Assembly: GCA_038087875.1 (NCBI GenBank)
Contig: JAXLNO010005631.1
Span: 248,001 to 312,000, forward strand
Reading direction: 5' to 3'
Source: Malacoraja senta
Lineage: Eukaryota
Length of the DNA: 64,000 nt
The translations under genes and the position numbers were made by a program. Of this stretch, positions 25,477-38,556 are shown one piece after another. The notes beneath the pieces were generated by a model. It did not search any database and had not been told where the DNA came from. It saw only the letters and a list, made by a program, of their open reading frames with translations. The stretch's first letter is position 1. Each line of letters starts with the position of its first letter.

Positions 25477-25602
25477 TTAAACATCGCATTCATCGCACTG
25501 GTAACATTGAGTTACGCCCATCCAATCAATGTATATTTCTACTGCCGAAGGGAAACCCGAAGCCGGAATCTCGAAGCCACACCAGCTCTTGCCCAACAAT
25601 GA
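25477..25602 (+). CDS. SLC43A3: SLC43A3-like terminal exon (LNIAFIALVTLSYAHPINVYFYCRRETRSRNLEATPALAQQ*)
   Basis: ccattacaacacag|TTA, phase 0, TGA at 25600-25602. Matches VNVMFMLAILLTFFHPFLVYREC. Confidence 0.88.
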   Translation, partial: LNIAFIALVTLSYAHPINVYFYCRRETRSRNLEATPALAQQ

Positions 25603-26599
25603 TGGATATCTGATCCGGGTAGGGCGGTGCAGGGCGTTTGAAGTTGCTTACTTTGTGAGATGGTCTGCAGTCGGTACTTAATACTTCAATTGATTCTTCA
25701 TTCCTAACAATAATTAATTACTATACACATAATGCCCAGTTCTCGGTTTGTTCCGTCGACAATCGCTTTCATTTTATATTCTTTAAATCTTGATCCATTC
25801 GACAATGGCTGCACGTTATCTCGTCTGTGCCTTATCATACATATCATGATTTTGCAAACCTGTATCTGATCACGCAACCATCTAAAACGAAGAAAAACGG
25901 AACCCGCTTTTTCAATTCTATGCAGATAATATATGCCCTTCTTCCTTTGAATAATTTCGGTAATTTAAGTAATAATTTAGACGTTATTTTTTTTAACATC
26001 GTCAAACCGTTCCATCCGATCTGAAATGTCACACCCAGAAAGAACGCAAAGCTATTAACTATGATCGAGACCTATTTAGGGTCAGGATAACTTCCTCGTT
26101 CTTTTAGGCTGTATTACTTTTCAGAAATTCCAAATTGCAAACCTGCTCCGCCATTTCAATCAATTATCCACATGTATTCCCAAATATCTCTATAGGTGTG
26201 GCGTATCTAGAAATGCGAGTACGTTTATGTTTCTCTTCTTCGCTGTCCCAAGCACTAACTCTGAGCACTAAATATGATCTGTCAAATTGACGCCCATTCA
26301 AATATCTGTTATTGCATCTCAAAATTATGTGGCATCTGTACGAATACCGCCAACAGCTTTAGCGAATTAAATATTACTGATCCCGCAGCTCGAGAAACTG
26401 TGTGGGACTTTGTTATTCATGTTAAAATAATACAACTTTACGTGACTGTCATAGGTACGATATTATACTACAATTCCAGTTTTTCAAAATCCTGATGCAA
26501 GCGCTTGCTATGTTCCATCACGAAACAATTCCATCACCTTAGTTGGAAAGGACACGTATTCTATAATTATTCGTCATAAAGTGGTTGAGTAATCAGCCG

Positions 26600-28340
26600 C
26601 TCAGGCACATTTCTGAAAAGCATGGATTAGTGACGTTTCAGGTCGCGACACTTCTTCAGACTGTTTATAACAGGTGGGATAAAGAGGAGAGGGGCGTGGT
26701 GGCAAGAAAAAGCCTGGGACGTGATGGTGTGATGCAGGTGAAGGGTGGGGTGTTTCTTTGGCAGATGGTCGGAAAAGGACCAAAAGACATAACGTGTGAG
26801 ATCAGAATAGGTACGAAATCTGAAATTAGAGGAAGGAATATAGGTGGCAGAGGACACGGAAATGATAGAAAAAAATAAATGCCCATCCTGGTGGGGTAGA
26901 GCGGCAGGGTTAAAGGGGGAGAGGGGTGTTTGTAGGTTCGTTACCTAAGTTGGACAACTCAATCGTTGTGAGCTACAGAAGCGGATAATAATTGTAATTG
27001 TAACTGTAATTGTAACTGTAATTGTAATTGTAATTGTAATAAAATGTGATTAATATATTTATTAGCCAAGTATGTAAACATACAAGGAATTTGATTTGCC
27101 AACAGCCATACAATAAAGCAACAAAATACATAAACACATAAAAATTAAACATAAACTTAAACAGCCACCACACCGGCGTGTGAGAATCCCCAGGGCGCAC
27201 AGCATAAGCGGCGACCCACAGTTCAATGTCCGAGTCACACAAACGCTCCTTCATCGTGATGAGACCAGAGTTGCACCCACCGCTATCACTCTCTCTGCAG
27301 TCCCTGTCCGCCCGAACAGTCAGAAAGCCGTCCACCCTCGCACTGGACTGCGGGATGTCTTCATGGAGCAATGTCCCCGCAAAACACCGAGATCACTGCG
27401 CTCACGGCAAACTCTCCGAGTCCTCACCAGTGCAGGCAGCACGTCCATCTTGTTTTTTAGGCTACCTCACATTCCCCACTGTGATGGAAGGCAAATAGCC
27501 TATACCTTCTTGCCTCCATTTCTCCCACCGTCGGGGCAATCGAAACTTCCGCAGTCGGGGTGATCGAAGTTCCCGCAGTCGGCGATCGAACCTCCCGCAT
27601 CGGGCCGATCGAAGCTCCCGCGATCGGGGCGGTCGAAGCTCCTGCAGATGGAGCTCCCGCAGTCGAACCCAAACAAAGGGACCGCCAGCTCCACGATGTT
27701 AATGCCGCAGTGCAGACGGAGATACGATGAAAAAGTCGCATCTCCGTCACCTAATGAGATAAAACAAGGTTTCTCCCACCCCCGCTCCCCACCGCCACCT
27801 CAACATAATACAAAAAAATAAAAGTACACTAAAACCATACAAGTAAACACAGACTAAAACAGCAAAAGAAGAACAAGACGAGGCAGGCTGTTGATGGGAC
27901 TGCCATGTACAGCGCCACCCGGTGATAATGAGGTGCTGTTCTTCACATTTAGGGTGGCCTTCCGCGGCGGACAGAAAGAATAGAAATGGGAAAGGCAGTT
28001 AAAGTTTTCAGCGACCGGGAGAACTGGCAAGCCTTGGTGGACCGAGCACAAGCGTTCGTTGAAAATGTAGTCGAGTCTGCACTTGATCTCGTCAATGTAA
28101 CGGTTGACATATAGGTAACCCGAGATGCAGTAGATGAGGGTAGAATAGATGCATATGAACCTTTGTCTCACATGGAATGAATATTGGCGTTCCTGGATGG
28201 ACGTGAGGGGGAATATATAGGGACACGTGTTACAACTCCTGTTATTGTTGGGAAATGACGTGGAAAGTTAATGATTTGGGTGGACGGGGATGCGTGAATC
28301 ACAGAGTTTCAAAGAGAATGATCCACGAGAATTGTACAGA
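26600..28340 (-). mobile_element. Degraded Penelope-like element 3' region (GIY-YIG and tail), split by the 26990-27923 insert
   Basis: MRQRFICIYSTLIYCISGYLYVNRYIDEIKCRL..FNERL. Terminal motif at 26632-26659. Confidence 0.75.
26990..27923 (-). mobile_element. Internally deleted Rex1/Babar-like element (5' leader, ~24-bp tandem repeats, start of EN, 3' tail with (CAATTA)n) with 6-bp TSD
   Basis: TSD GATAAT at 26984-26989 and 27924-27929. EN remnant LHEDIP...GFLTVRADR...CDSDIEL. Confidence 0.75.
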
Positions 28341-29609
28341 GAGGGTAAAAAAGGTAACTAAGGAGAAGGGCGAGTGAGAATATCAGATGGAACAATAGAA
28401 TGGGGCGGTGGAATCGATTAGTAATGGGGCAACAATGGAACAGGAGACGAAAAGGCAATACGGGTCTCATGTCTGCCTAATAACGACATTGATCTATTCA
28501 GATGCGAAATGAAGAGGGGGAGTTGGTCTGGATGAAGTCGGGAGAGGGAAGTCGGGACAGTAACTTGCGGGATCGAGGAACGAAAGAAAGAGGGAGTAAT
28601 TGTGTAGAGGACTGAAGGCACAGTGGGAATTAACCAGGTTTACGAGCGTGGGACAAATAGCTGGTGGAATCTGTCGCCATACAGAAGTGCAGTACAGAAC
28701 AGGCCCATCAGACGCATCTACACTTTGGCCTTCATGCCGTATTCCCATTCGCCCGTATTAGGCTTTGTTTAGTACGCAAAGTGGAATAAAAAGAAATAGT
28801 TTACTGGCGGAAGAGTAAAATGAGAACATTATGTAAATGACGAGAGATTATAGATATCTGATTAATTTAGTAAATGGCGTGGATGGTCGACTTGTTTAGG
28901 TCGAAGAAAATTACATGGGATGAAAAGTTAAATGCGTGCAATTACGCTTGGGAGAGACAGTTCATTTAACTACGAACTTCGCATCCGTGCCTGCAAAAAA
29001 AGGAGTCCACATTAAGACATATGAGTCAGTGATGACAGAGAACAGAGGGTGAAAAACGAAAGTTAGGGGAGAAGAATGTGAGGCTGCATAGTTGGTGCAG
29101 GTGGCAGGAATTCGGATTTCTGGACCATTGAGATCATTTCTGGGGCAGGCGTGAGCTGCACAAAAGGGAAAGTTTTACTTTAACTGGAAGGGTACCAATA
29201 TCTTTGCAGGCCGGTTCGCTAATATACACGGGTGGGTTTAAAATAGATTGGTATTCGTGTGGTATCGCATGTAGGACAGAGGGAGGTGAGAGGTTAGAAT
29301 TTCGAATGCGTAGTGAGAGAACATTTGGAGGAGAGAATAGGCCGCAGGAAGGCGGATAGCGGGGAAGGAAGGTTGTTTTAAACTGCACGTAATTTAATGC
29401 AAAGGGCCTGTGGGTAAATCAGATGAGATTAGGGCACGGTACGCGCAAGTGGGACGTTGTAACCATTACTTAAACCTGGTTAAGGGAAGGGCAGGACTGG
29501 CAGCTCAAAGTTCCCGAGGTTCAGGAGCTTTGGGATCGGCAGGCGTGAGGATAAAAGATGAGAGAGGGGTGGGGGGTTGGTGTGGGGGGAGATTGCATTA
29601 TTGGTTAAG

Positions 29610-29813
29610 TGTAAACAAGCACCAGAGACTGTATGATTTATACACCTTTAATCAGCACTGACACTTCGCACCGTTGAGGACAATAGGTTGTCAGTACATC
29701 CTAGCTGCTCAGACTGCAGTGCCGGGAACAAGCGTTAGTATAAATGTTATAGTGGGGTGGAGTTAGTGATGCTGGCTTATGTGTGATTGGTTCACATTCA
29801 TCATCAATCTACT
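29610..29813 (-). repeat. Gypsy 3' LTR (~204 bp)
   Basis: Direct repeat of 34038-34245, about 94-95% identical by eye. ATTAAA on the - strand near 29650. Confidence 0.93.
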
Positions 29814-32800
29814 TCCTTCCCCCTAAAGACTAAGTGTGGAAAGGGCAACCATACCATGAACTTAAACATACTCGCCATATCTGTCTGGTGGTCTACTAAC
29901 ACGACCCGAGCGCGTGCAGACCCAACCATCCCCTCCCTCACCTGAAGGATGAGACGGAGAGCCTGGAGGCGAGAATGGCACGGGAGAGGCTTGTGGTGAC
30001 CGAAAGGGGAAACATGCGGTAGGTGAAACCCCGTGGTTAGTGGAGACCGAGAGACGTGGGGGGACAGGTGGGAGACATTGCAAAATGCGGCGGGAACTGG
30101 AGCGGCGGAGCATAGGGATCAGCAGGCGGTGGTCTGGGCTCCTTCACAGCAAGCAGGTGTTATCGACCTCTCCGGTATATCGCTCCCTCACAGTCCACAA
30201 GCTAGGATCGCGGCTCGTCAGTCGGGCGTACAACAGTGTCCAGACGGGAATGTCCAGTTGAAGTTCGTAGACGGACGACCTGGCCCGGCAGTAGAGACTT
30301 GAGTGGTCTGCTGGAACTGTCGTATGACCGTTTCTGGATGTCATGCTTCTCCTGGAGACTTTTCTGGATAGTGGCGGGCTTCAGCACCCGAGGGACCAGC
30401 TGCTGTTGTGCGATGGGGACCGGAGACCTCGTCACTCTCGACAGCAGACCCTGTGCTGGTGACCCCAAGGTTCCGTCTCTGGCAATGTTTCTGAGATTCA
30501 GGAGGTTGAGATAGACGTCTGACTTTGAAATGCGCGCTGCCTCCAGCAAGTGCGTGGCGCTTCTCACAGCGCGTTCAGCGAGTCCATTACTCTGTCGATA
30601 CTCGGGACTGCTTGTGACGTGCTGGAAGTTCCATCGGTCTGCGAAAAGCTTGAACAAGTGGCTGGTGAACTGTCGACCGTTGTCGGTTCTCAGGATGACA
30701 GGAATGCCATAGGCTGAGAATTGTCTTTTCAGCTTCTTGATGACCATCTCAGGTGTGAGGGAGGTCAGTTGGTCTAGTTCAAACCAGTTAGAAAAGGAGT
30801 TGACCAGAACGAGGTAGTGCTTACCGCACCATTCGAAAATGTCCGCAGCCAGCGACGACCAAGGCAGTGCTGGTGGAGGTTGTTGCAGAAGGGGTTGCCG
30901 CTGCTGATGAGGCGCAAGATTGTTGCAAGTGGGGCAGGAGGCTACGCGGTCCCGGATGTATGTGGCCATTCCGGGTCAGTAGAACAGACCCCAGGCGCGT
31001 ACCAGTGTGGAGTCGGCTCCTGGGTGACCGCTTTGTGCCTCTTTGAAGTATTCGTCTACCTTGGTCACAAGGTAGTGAAGTATCACTACCTTGTGACCCT
31101 TAACAACAACACCATCCTGAACCACCTGTTCATCACGGACCAAGAAGAACGGCTGCACCTCCGTGGGCGTGTCGGATTGTTTGTCTGGCCAGCCTGTTTT
31201 GATGATGGATGAGAGGGTTTGAAGCGTATGTCAGTGGCAGTGTGCGCGGCCAGGGTGCGCAGTTGCTTACTGGAGACGAGATCGACACCGAGGACCGTGA
31301 AATTCTCCTGTTCATGGGGGTGTTGTTCGCAAGATGCTCGAGGTGCACGAGAGAGTGTGTCAGCGAATTGCATGTCCTTACCCTTTGTGTAGGTAATAGA
31401 GAAGTCGTACCGCTGCAGCTGCATCATCATGCGCTGCAAGCGAGCTGGCGCGGCATGGATGGGTTTGCTCAGGATTGTCACCAGTGGTTGGTGGCCCGTC
31501 TCGATCGTGAACGTGTTGCCAAAGACGAAGTCGTGGAATTTGGAGCAGGCAAAGACAACAGCCAGCAGTTCCTTTTCGATTTGCTGCTCCGTGTCGGTCA
31601 TGGTGCGAGAGGCATACGTGACAGGTAGTAGGGTGCCATCGTCAGATGGTTGCAAGCAGGCTGCGCCGAGCCCGAATTTCGAGGCATCGCAGGTGATCGT
31701 CACCGGACGTTTCAGGTCGAAAAAAGTCAGGGTCGGTGCACTGGTCAGTTTGGATTTTAAAGCATCAAAGGAAACCTGATGTTGCTGGAACCATGACCAT
31801 GCAGTGTCCTTTTTGGTCAGCTGCCGCAGTGTGGAGCAGTTCGCTGAGGTTCGGTATGAACTTTCCGAGATAGTTTACCATGCCCAGGAAACGTTGCAGG
31901 CCTTTCACGTCTGTGGGGGCAGGCATTTCTGTGATGGCAGTAGTTTTCTTCGGATTGGGTTTGAGGCCATCAGGGGTGAAGATGTGGCCGACGTAAGGGA
32001 CCACTTGAAACCTGAACTTGCACTTGTCAGAATTGAGCTTGATCTTGATGGCACGCTCCAAGATGAGCCTGAGATTGTGGTCGTGTTCCGCTGCGTCTTT
32101 ACCATAGCCGAGGATATCGTCGACAATAATGGCACAAGGCAGATCCTCGAATAATTGCTCCATAGTCCTTTGGAAGAGTTCACTGGCGGAGTTGATTCCG
32201 AATGGCATTCTCAGAAACTTATATCTGCCGAATGGGGTGGCAAATGTGGTGAGGTTTGATGACTTGTCCAGCGGTATCTGCCAGAAAGAGTTATTTGCAT
32301 CGAGGACAGAAAATAGGTAGGCCATTCCGACCTTTGCCGCAACATCCTCGACATGGGATGGTGTGGGCGCTTAATGGCAGTGTTCAGGTCTTTAGGATTG
32401 ATGCACAGGCGGATTTCATTTTTTCCCTTCTTGACTCTGGCAATCATGGTTGAGACCCAATCGGTGGGGTCGCTGACTGCTTCAATTACGCCTTTGGAGA
32501 CCATGTCCTTCAGCATAGAGTGAACCCTGTCAGTCATGGCAAATGACAATCGGTGCGGGGGTCGGATGACGGGTGTCACATCGGGGTCAGTAATAATCTT
32601 GTAGGTCACAGGCAACTTGCCTAGGTTGTTATCGAAAAGATCAGGGAATTCACTCAGCGGGTCCAACGAGATTTGCAGCTTGTGGACGGTTTTGTCAAAG
32701 GAAATCAGCCCCAGTTCCTGACAGGCACGATTGCCAAGCAGAGTAACTGAATTAAAGTTCAAGACATAGAAGGTAAATTCCTTCGTTGTTTTCTTTAGTA

Positions 32801-34021
32801 CACATTTCAAGTTGGTTTTGCCCAAGGGAACCAACACCTCCCCTCTAAAAGCATGTAAAGTGGATTTGTCCTTGATGAGTGGCTCGTTAGTTCTAATCTT
32901 CAGAGGTTGATTGACATAGTGTTGACCTTCGCGCCCGTGTCTAATCGCGCCAAATCTACATTGTTTACAGATATCATCACGGTTGGATCCGAATTTTTGG
33001 CACCAGCATGCTGTAACAAGTAAACAGTCGGATCGTCTTGCGAGTTAATTGGGCTGTACTCGGGGGCGGTTTCGAGCTGGAATTCGGGAGTGAGTGTGTC
33101 GCGTTGCAAAAAATTTAGATTAGACTTGGAGCTGGGCGAATTCTTTCCTCAGGCCCGAATTGGAGCCCGACAGACATAGGCAAAGTGATTTAGCATTTTG
33201 CAGTAATTGCATGCTTTCCCGACGGCGGGGCAGGCTGATTGTCTGTAGTGTAAGTAATTGCAGTTGGGACATCTCTTCGGAGAACCGCTGGTGAGCTGCC
33301 TGACTAGCTTGGGTCATAAATCGGCTGTTATCTGTGTATGTTCGCTGCCTAGTGAGGCCCATCAGATTGATGGTTTTGGTTTCATGCGAACGGTCTATGG
33401 GATCGACAAATTCGGCAGTTCTGCATGCGTGTACAGCTTCATCAAGTGTTAAATCTGGCCTTCTCAGGAGCTCTGATCAGTGCTTTAGATCGCTAATGCC
33501 GTTCACTAAAATGTCCCTCGTTAACTGATAAACTGGCATATTCTGGAATCGGTGGCGCTGGGCTAAATACATCAAGTCTGAGATAAACGAGTCAACTCGT
33601 TCCCCAGGGAGCTGACTACGAGAGAAAAACCTTGCCCTATCCAAAATGTGATTTGAGGGCAGGTCACAGATCTGGCTTAGTTTACGCAGCTGAACATTAG
33701 GGTCATCAGGATATTCCGCTGGGGTTATTACCTGGTCGTTGGCATCGCGCATTGCCGGAGCATAACGGAATGTTCTGGATCGACGAAGGGCATCTGGGCC
33801 CGCAACGTTGAGCAGGAGAGAGGCCTTGACAGCATCTGGTTCATTTCGGTGTGCAATGTACATGTAGTGCTGGTAATCAATTTCAAACGTGGCCCAGCAT
33901 TCACTGATATCCGCATCAAAGACAAGACGGTCAGGCTTTCGACAAGAAGAAGCCATCATAAAGTAAAACAAAAACTCACAAAAAATAAAATAAAAACCGT
34001 TATACAGAAGGAGTGAATAAA

Positions 34022-34037
34022 CCCACTTCTGACACCA
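34022..34037 (-). promoter_or_regulatory. Primer-binding site complementary to the tRNA-Leu(CAA) 3' end
   Basis: TGGTGTCAGAAGTGGG directly after the LTR; vertebrate tRNA-Leu(CAA) ends CCCACTTCTGACACCA. Confidence 0.85.
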
Positions 34038-34245
34038 TGTAACCAAGCACCAAAGACAGTGTATGATGTAAACACATCTTTAATCAGCACTGAAACTTAG
34101 CAGCGTTGAGGACAATAGGTTGTCAGTACATCCTAGCTGCTCAGACTGCAGTGCCGGGAACAAGCGTTAGTATAAGTGTTATAATGGGGTGGAGTTAGTG
34201 ATGCTGGCTTATGTGTGATTGGTTCACATGCATCATCAATCTACA
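34038..34245 (-). repeat. Gypsy 5' LTR (208 bp, TG...CA)
   Basis: tgtaacc...caatctaca, followed on - by the PBS. Confidence 0.93.
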
Positions 34246-34469
34246 GAGGATGTCACTGCAGTGGTCAGATGTGACCTTACGGACAGACATTGGTGAGGCT
34301 ATATGGGTGGAGCTGAAGAACAAGAAAAGGATGATCACGTCGGGGGTGTATAGCTGACCTCTACATAGTCAACGTGAATTAAAATAACAACTATGCCAGG
34401 AGATTGCAGACAGCTGCAGGTCAAATAAGGCTGTTTATTAGGGGATTTTAACTTTCCCAATGTTGACAA

Positions 34470-35150
34470 TTTAACTTTCCCAATTCTGGACTCCCCCAAC
34501 ATCGGCAACATGTTGCCTGCCTCTCGCGTGTCCAATCCTTTAATAATCATATGTTTACAAAAGACTTCCTTTCATCCTTCTAAATTCCCGTGTATACAAG
34601 ACAAGTCGCTCCATTCTTTCAACATATGACAGCCCCGCCATCCCGGGAAATCGGGAATTAACCTCGTACACATTCGCTGCACTCCCACAATAGCAAGTAT
34701 GTCTTTCCTCAAAGTTGGAGACCTAAACTGCACACAATACTCCAGGTGTGGTCTCACTGGGGCCCCGTACAACTGCCAAAAGACATCTGTGCTCCTATAC
34801 TCAATTCTTCTTGTTATGAAGGCCAACATGCCATTAGCTTTCTTCACCGACTGCTGTACCTGAAGGCTTACTTGCAGTGACTGATTAACAAGGACCCCCA
34901 GATCTCGTAATACTTTCCCTTTTCCAAACTTGACACCATTCAGATAATAATCTGCCTCCTTTTCTTGCCACCAAAGTAAATAACCTCACATTTAACCACA
35001 TTAAACTGCATCTGCCATGCATCTGCCCACTCACCCAACCTGTCCAAGTCACACTGACCTCATAACATTGTCCTCACTGTTTACACTGCCACCCAGCTTT
35101 GTATCATGTGTAAATTTGCTAACGTTACTCTTAATTCCTTCATCTAAATA
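34470..35150 (-). mobile_element. CR1 RT C-terminal fragment
   Basis: ANGMLAFITR..EYRS...[12 protein letters not shown]. Confidence 0.85.
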
Positions 35151-35151
35151 A

Positions 35152-35745
35152 TTAGTCGCTTTCCTTCCCCCTCGACCCATTGAAGGACCCAAGCAGTCGT
35201 TCCAGGTGCGACAGAGGTTCACCTGCATCTCCTCCAGCCTCATCTATTGCATTCGCTGCTCTAGATGTCAGCTGATCTACATCGGTGAGACGAAGCGTAG
35301 GCTTGGGCGATCGTTTCGCCGAACACCTCTGCTGTACCTCTGCATTAATCAACCTGATCTCCCTGTGGCTCAGCACTTCAACTCCCCTTCCATTCCGAAT
35401 CCGACCTTTCTGTCCTGGGACTCCTCCATGGCCAGAGTGAGCAACACCGGAAATTGGAGGAGCGGCACCTCATATTCTGCCTTGGGGTGTTTGCACCCTA
35501 GCAGGATAAACATTGACTTCCCCAATTTCCAGTAGCCCTTGCAGTCACCTCCCCTTCTCAGCTCTCCCTCAGCCCTTTGCTCCTCCTCTCCCTTTCTCCT
35601 TTTTTCTCCCCCCCCCCCCCAGCCTACATCAGTGTGAAGAAGGGTTTCGGCCGAAACGTTGCCTATTTCCTTCGCTCCATAGATGCTGCAGCACCCGCTG
35701 ATTTCTCCAGCACTTTTGTCTACCTTCGATCTGCAGTTCATTCTT
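35152..35745 (+). mobile_element. Penelope-like element GIY-YIG and 3' tail
   Basis: QRFTCISSSLIYCIRCSRCQLIYIGETKRRLG; terminal motif at 35634-35660. Confidence 0.88.
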
Positions 35746-36109
35746 AAACACGGATGTCATGCTAACTGGTCTATAATTCCCTGTTTCTCTCACCATCCTT
35801 TCTTAAAAAGTGGGATAACATTAGCTACCCTCGAATCCCACAGGAACTGATCCTGAATATATAGACCATTGGAACATTATCATCAATGCGTTCACGTTTT
35901 ATAGACCCAGTTCCTTAAGTACCATGGAATGAAGACCATCAGCCCTGGGGATTTATCAGCCTTCAGGCCCTCAGTCTATCCAAACACCATTTCCACCGAA
36001 TGGTGAATTTCCTTCAGTTCTCCGTCACCCTAGGTCCTCTGGCCACCAGTATATCTGGGGAGATTGGTTGTGTCTTCTTTAGTGGAAGACAGATCTAAAG
36101 TATTTAAGA

Positions 36110-38215
36110 AGGAACTGCAGATGCTGAAAATCGAAGGGTAGACAAATGTGCTGGAGAAACTCAGCGGGTGCAGCAGCATCTATGGAGCGAAGGAATAGGC
36201 AAAGTTTCCGGCCGAAACCTTCTTCAGACTGATGTAGGGTGGGGGGGACGGGACGAACGGGGAGAAGAAAGGAAAAAGGGAAGAGGAGGAGCCCCGAGGG
36301 CTGAGGGAGAGCTGAAAAGGGGAGGAGACAGCAAGGGCTACCGGAAATTGGGAGAATTCAATGTTTATGCCGCTAGGATGCAGACTGCCTCAGCGGAGTA
36401 TGCGGTGCTGTTCCTCCGATTTCCGGTGGTGCTCACTCTGGCCAGGAGGAGGCACAGAACAAGAGGTCGGATTCGGAATGGGAGGGGTTTGAAGTGCTGA
36501 GCCACCGGGAGATCAGGTTTGGTTTAATGCGGACCGAGCGGAGGTGTTCTGCGAAACGATCGCCAAGGCTACGCTTGGTCTCACCGATGTAGATCTGGCT
36601 GATATCTAGAGCAGCGGATGCAATAGAGAGGTTGGCGGAGATGCAGGTGAACCTCTTGTCGCACCTGGAACACCTGCTTGGGTCCTTGAATGGAGTCGAG
36701 GGGGAGGTAAAGCGACATGTGTAGCACATCTTGCGGTTGCAAGGAAAGTGCCCGGGGAGGGGGTGGTGCAGGAGGGAAGGGAAGAATTGACCATGGAGTT
36801 ACGGGAGGGAGCTGTCTTTGCGGAAAGCAGACAGGGGGGAGAATGGGAAGATGTGCGAGTGGTGGGGTCACGTTGGAGGTGGCGAAAATGACGGAGGACT
36901 ATTGTTGTATGTGACGGCTAGTGGGGTGAAAGGTGAGGACTAGGGGACTGCCCTTGTTACAAGTGGGGGGATGGGGAGAGAAAGCAGTGTTACGGGTATG
37001 AAGACACACTGGTGAGAGCCTCATCTATAGTAGGGGAGGGAACCCCCGTTCCCTGAAGAATGAGGACATTTTCCGATGCCCTGTGTGGAACACCTCATCC
37101 TGGTAGCAGATGCGGCGTAGACGGGGAATTGGGAGTAGGGTATGGAGTCCTTACAGGAAGCAGGATGGGAAGAAGACTAGTCTAGATAGCCATGGGAGTC
37201 AGTGGGGTTTATAGTAGATGTCGGTCAGAAGTCTATCACCTGCGATGGAGATAGTGAGGTCAAGAAATGGCAGGGAAGTTGTCGGAAATGGTCCAGGTGT
37301 ATTTGAGTGCCGGATGGAAGTTAGTGGTGAAGCAGATGAAGTCAGTCAGTTGTGTGTGGGTGCAGGAGGTAGCACCAAAGGAATCGTCGATGTAGCGGAG
37401 GTAGAGGTCGGGGATGGGGCCCTGGTACGCCTCGAGCAAGTATTGTTTGACATACCCCTACAAAGAGGCAGGCATAGCTGGGGCCCATGCGCGTGCCCAT
37501 AGCTAGGCCTTGTATTTGGAGGAAATGGGAGTGATTCAAACGAGAGGTTATTGAAGGTAAGGACCAACTCTGCTAGGCGCAGAAGAGTATCAGTGACCGG
37601 GTATTGGTTGGTTCCCCGGTCGAGGAAGAACCGGAGGGCTTTGAGACCCTCCTGGTGGGGGATGGAGGTGTAGAGTGATTGGACTTCCGTGGTGAAGATG
37701 AGGGGATGGGGGCCTAGAGAATGGAATGCCCGGAGACGACGGAGAGTGGCTGAGGTGTTTTGAACATAGGTAGGGAGGGATTTAACCAGGGGGGATAGGA
37801 TGGAGTCAAGGTATGTGGGAATAAGTTCGGTAGGGCACGAACAGGCAGAGACAATGGGTGAACCAGGACATTCAGGTTTGTGGATTTGGGGAGAAGGTAA
37901 TATCGGGCCCTGCGGGGCTGGGAACAGTGAGGTTGGAGCTCAGTAGGGGGGGGCAGGAAGTCGGAGTGGATGAAGTCAGTGATGGTGCTAGGGATAGTGG
38001 CCAGGTGCTCATCTGTAGGGTCATGGTCCAGAGGTAAGTAGGAGGAGGTGTCCGAGAGTTGACGCGTGGCCTCAGCTTTGTAGAGATCAATGCGCCAGAC
38101 TACCATGGTACCTCCCTTGTAGGCCGTTTTATAACCCAGTCTGGCTGTTGCGGAGTCGGTGGCTGTACGTTCAGGGGGGGTAGAGATTGGAGTGAGACAG
38201 GGGAGGAGTAGGTGG
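36110..38215 (-). mobile_element. Neptune-type Penelope-like element (RT, Cys-rich linker, GIY-YIG, tail), frameshifted
   Basis: GLAMGTRMGPSYACLFVG, RYIDD, CNRKMCYTC linker, YIGETKRSLGDRFAEHL. Confidence 0.9.
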
Positions 38216-38224
38216 GGAAGGGTC

Positions 38225-38535
38225 CAGTCTTTCCAACTGGAGTCAAGCTGTGAGTAGGTGTGAAGTGCTGGTTGGGGTTACCAGGGTTAAGTTTCTGTTT
38301 ATCGAAACTGCAGTAGAACTCGTTCAGGTCGTTGGTCAGTTAACGATTGTCCAAGGGGCGGGGGGGGGGGCGTTCCTCTTGTAGCTTGTGATTTCTTGCA
38401 AGCCCTTCCACACTGAAGACGTCATTTGTTGAGAACGTGCTCCTCAACTTCTCAGAGTGCCTTTCCTTGGTAGCTCTAATTCCTCTTCCCTAGCTTGTAC
38501 TTGGCTGCCTAATCTGCATCCCCGCTCCTGTAGGA
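38225..38535 (-). mobile_element. Rex1/Babar-like ORF fragment
   Basis: SEKLRSTFSTNDVFSVWKGLQEITSYK...LTNDLNEFYCSF. Confidence 0.7.
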
Positions 38536-38556
38536 TCTACCGCTGCAAGCGTCAAA

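Larger units (their letters stand above)
29610..34245 (-). mobile_element. Gypsy/Ty3 LTR retrotransposon provirus (gag-CCHC, PR, RT, RH, IN), decayed by frameshifts and stops; Mag-like by inference
   Basis: gag 33477-33960; LDTGAKVN; RMPFGI and IIVDD; CDASKFGLGA; TDNGRQF and SNGLAER. PPT GGGGGAAGGA adjacent to the 3' LTR. Confidence 0.95.
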
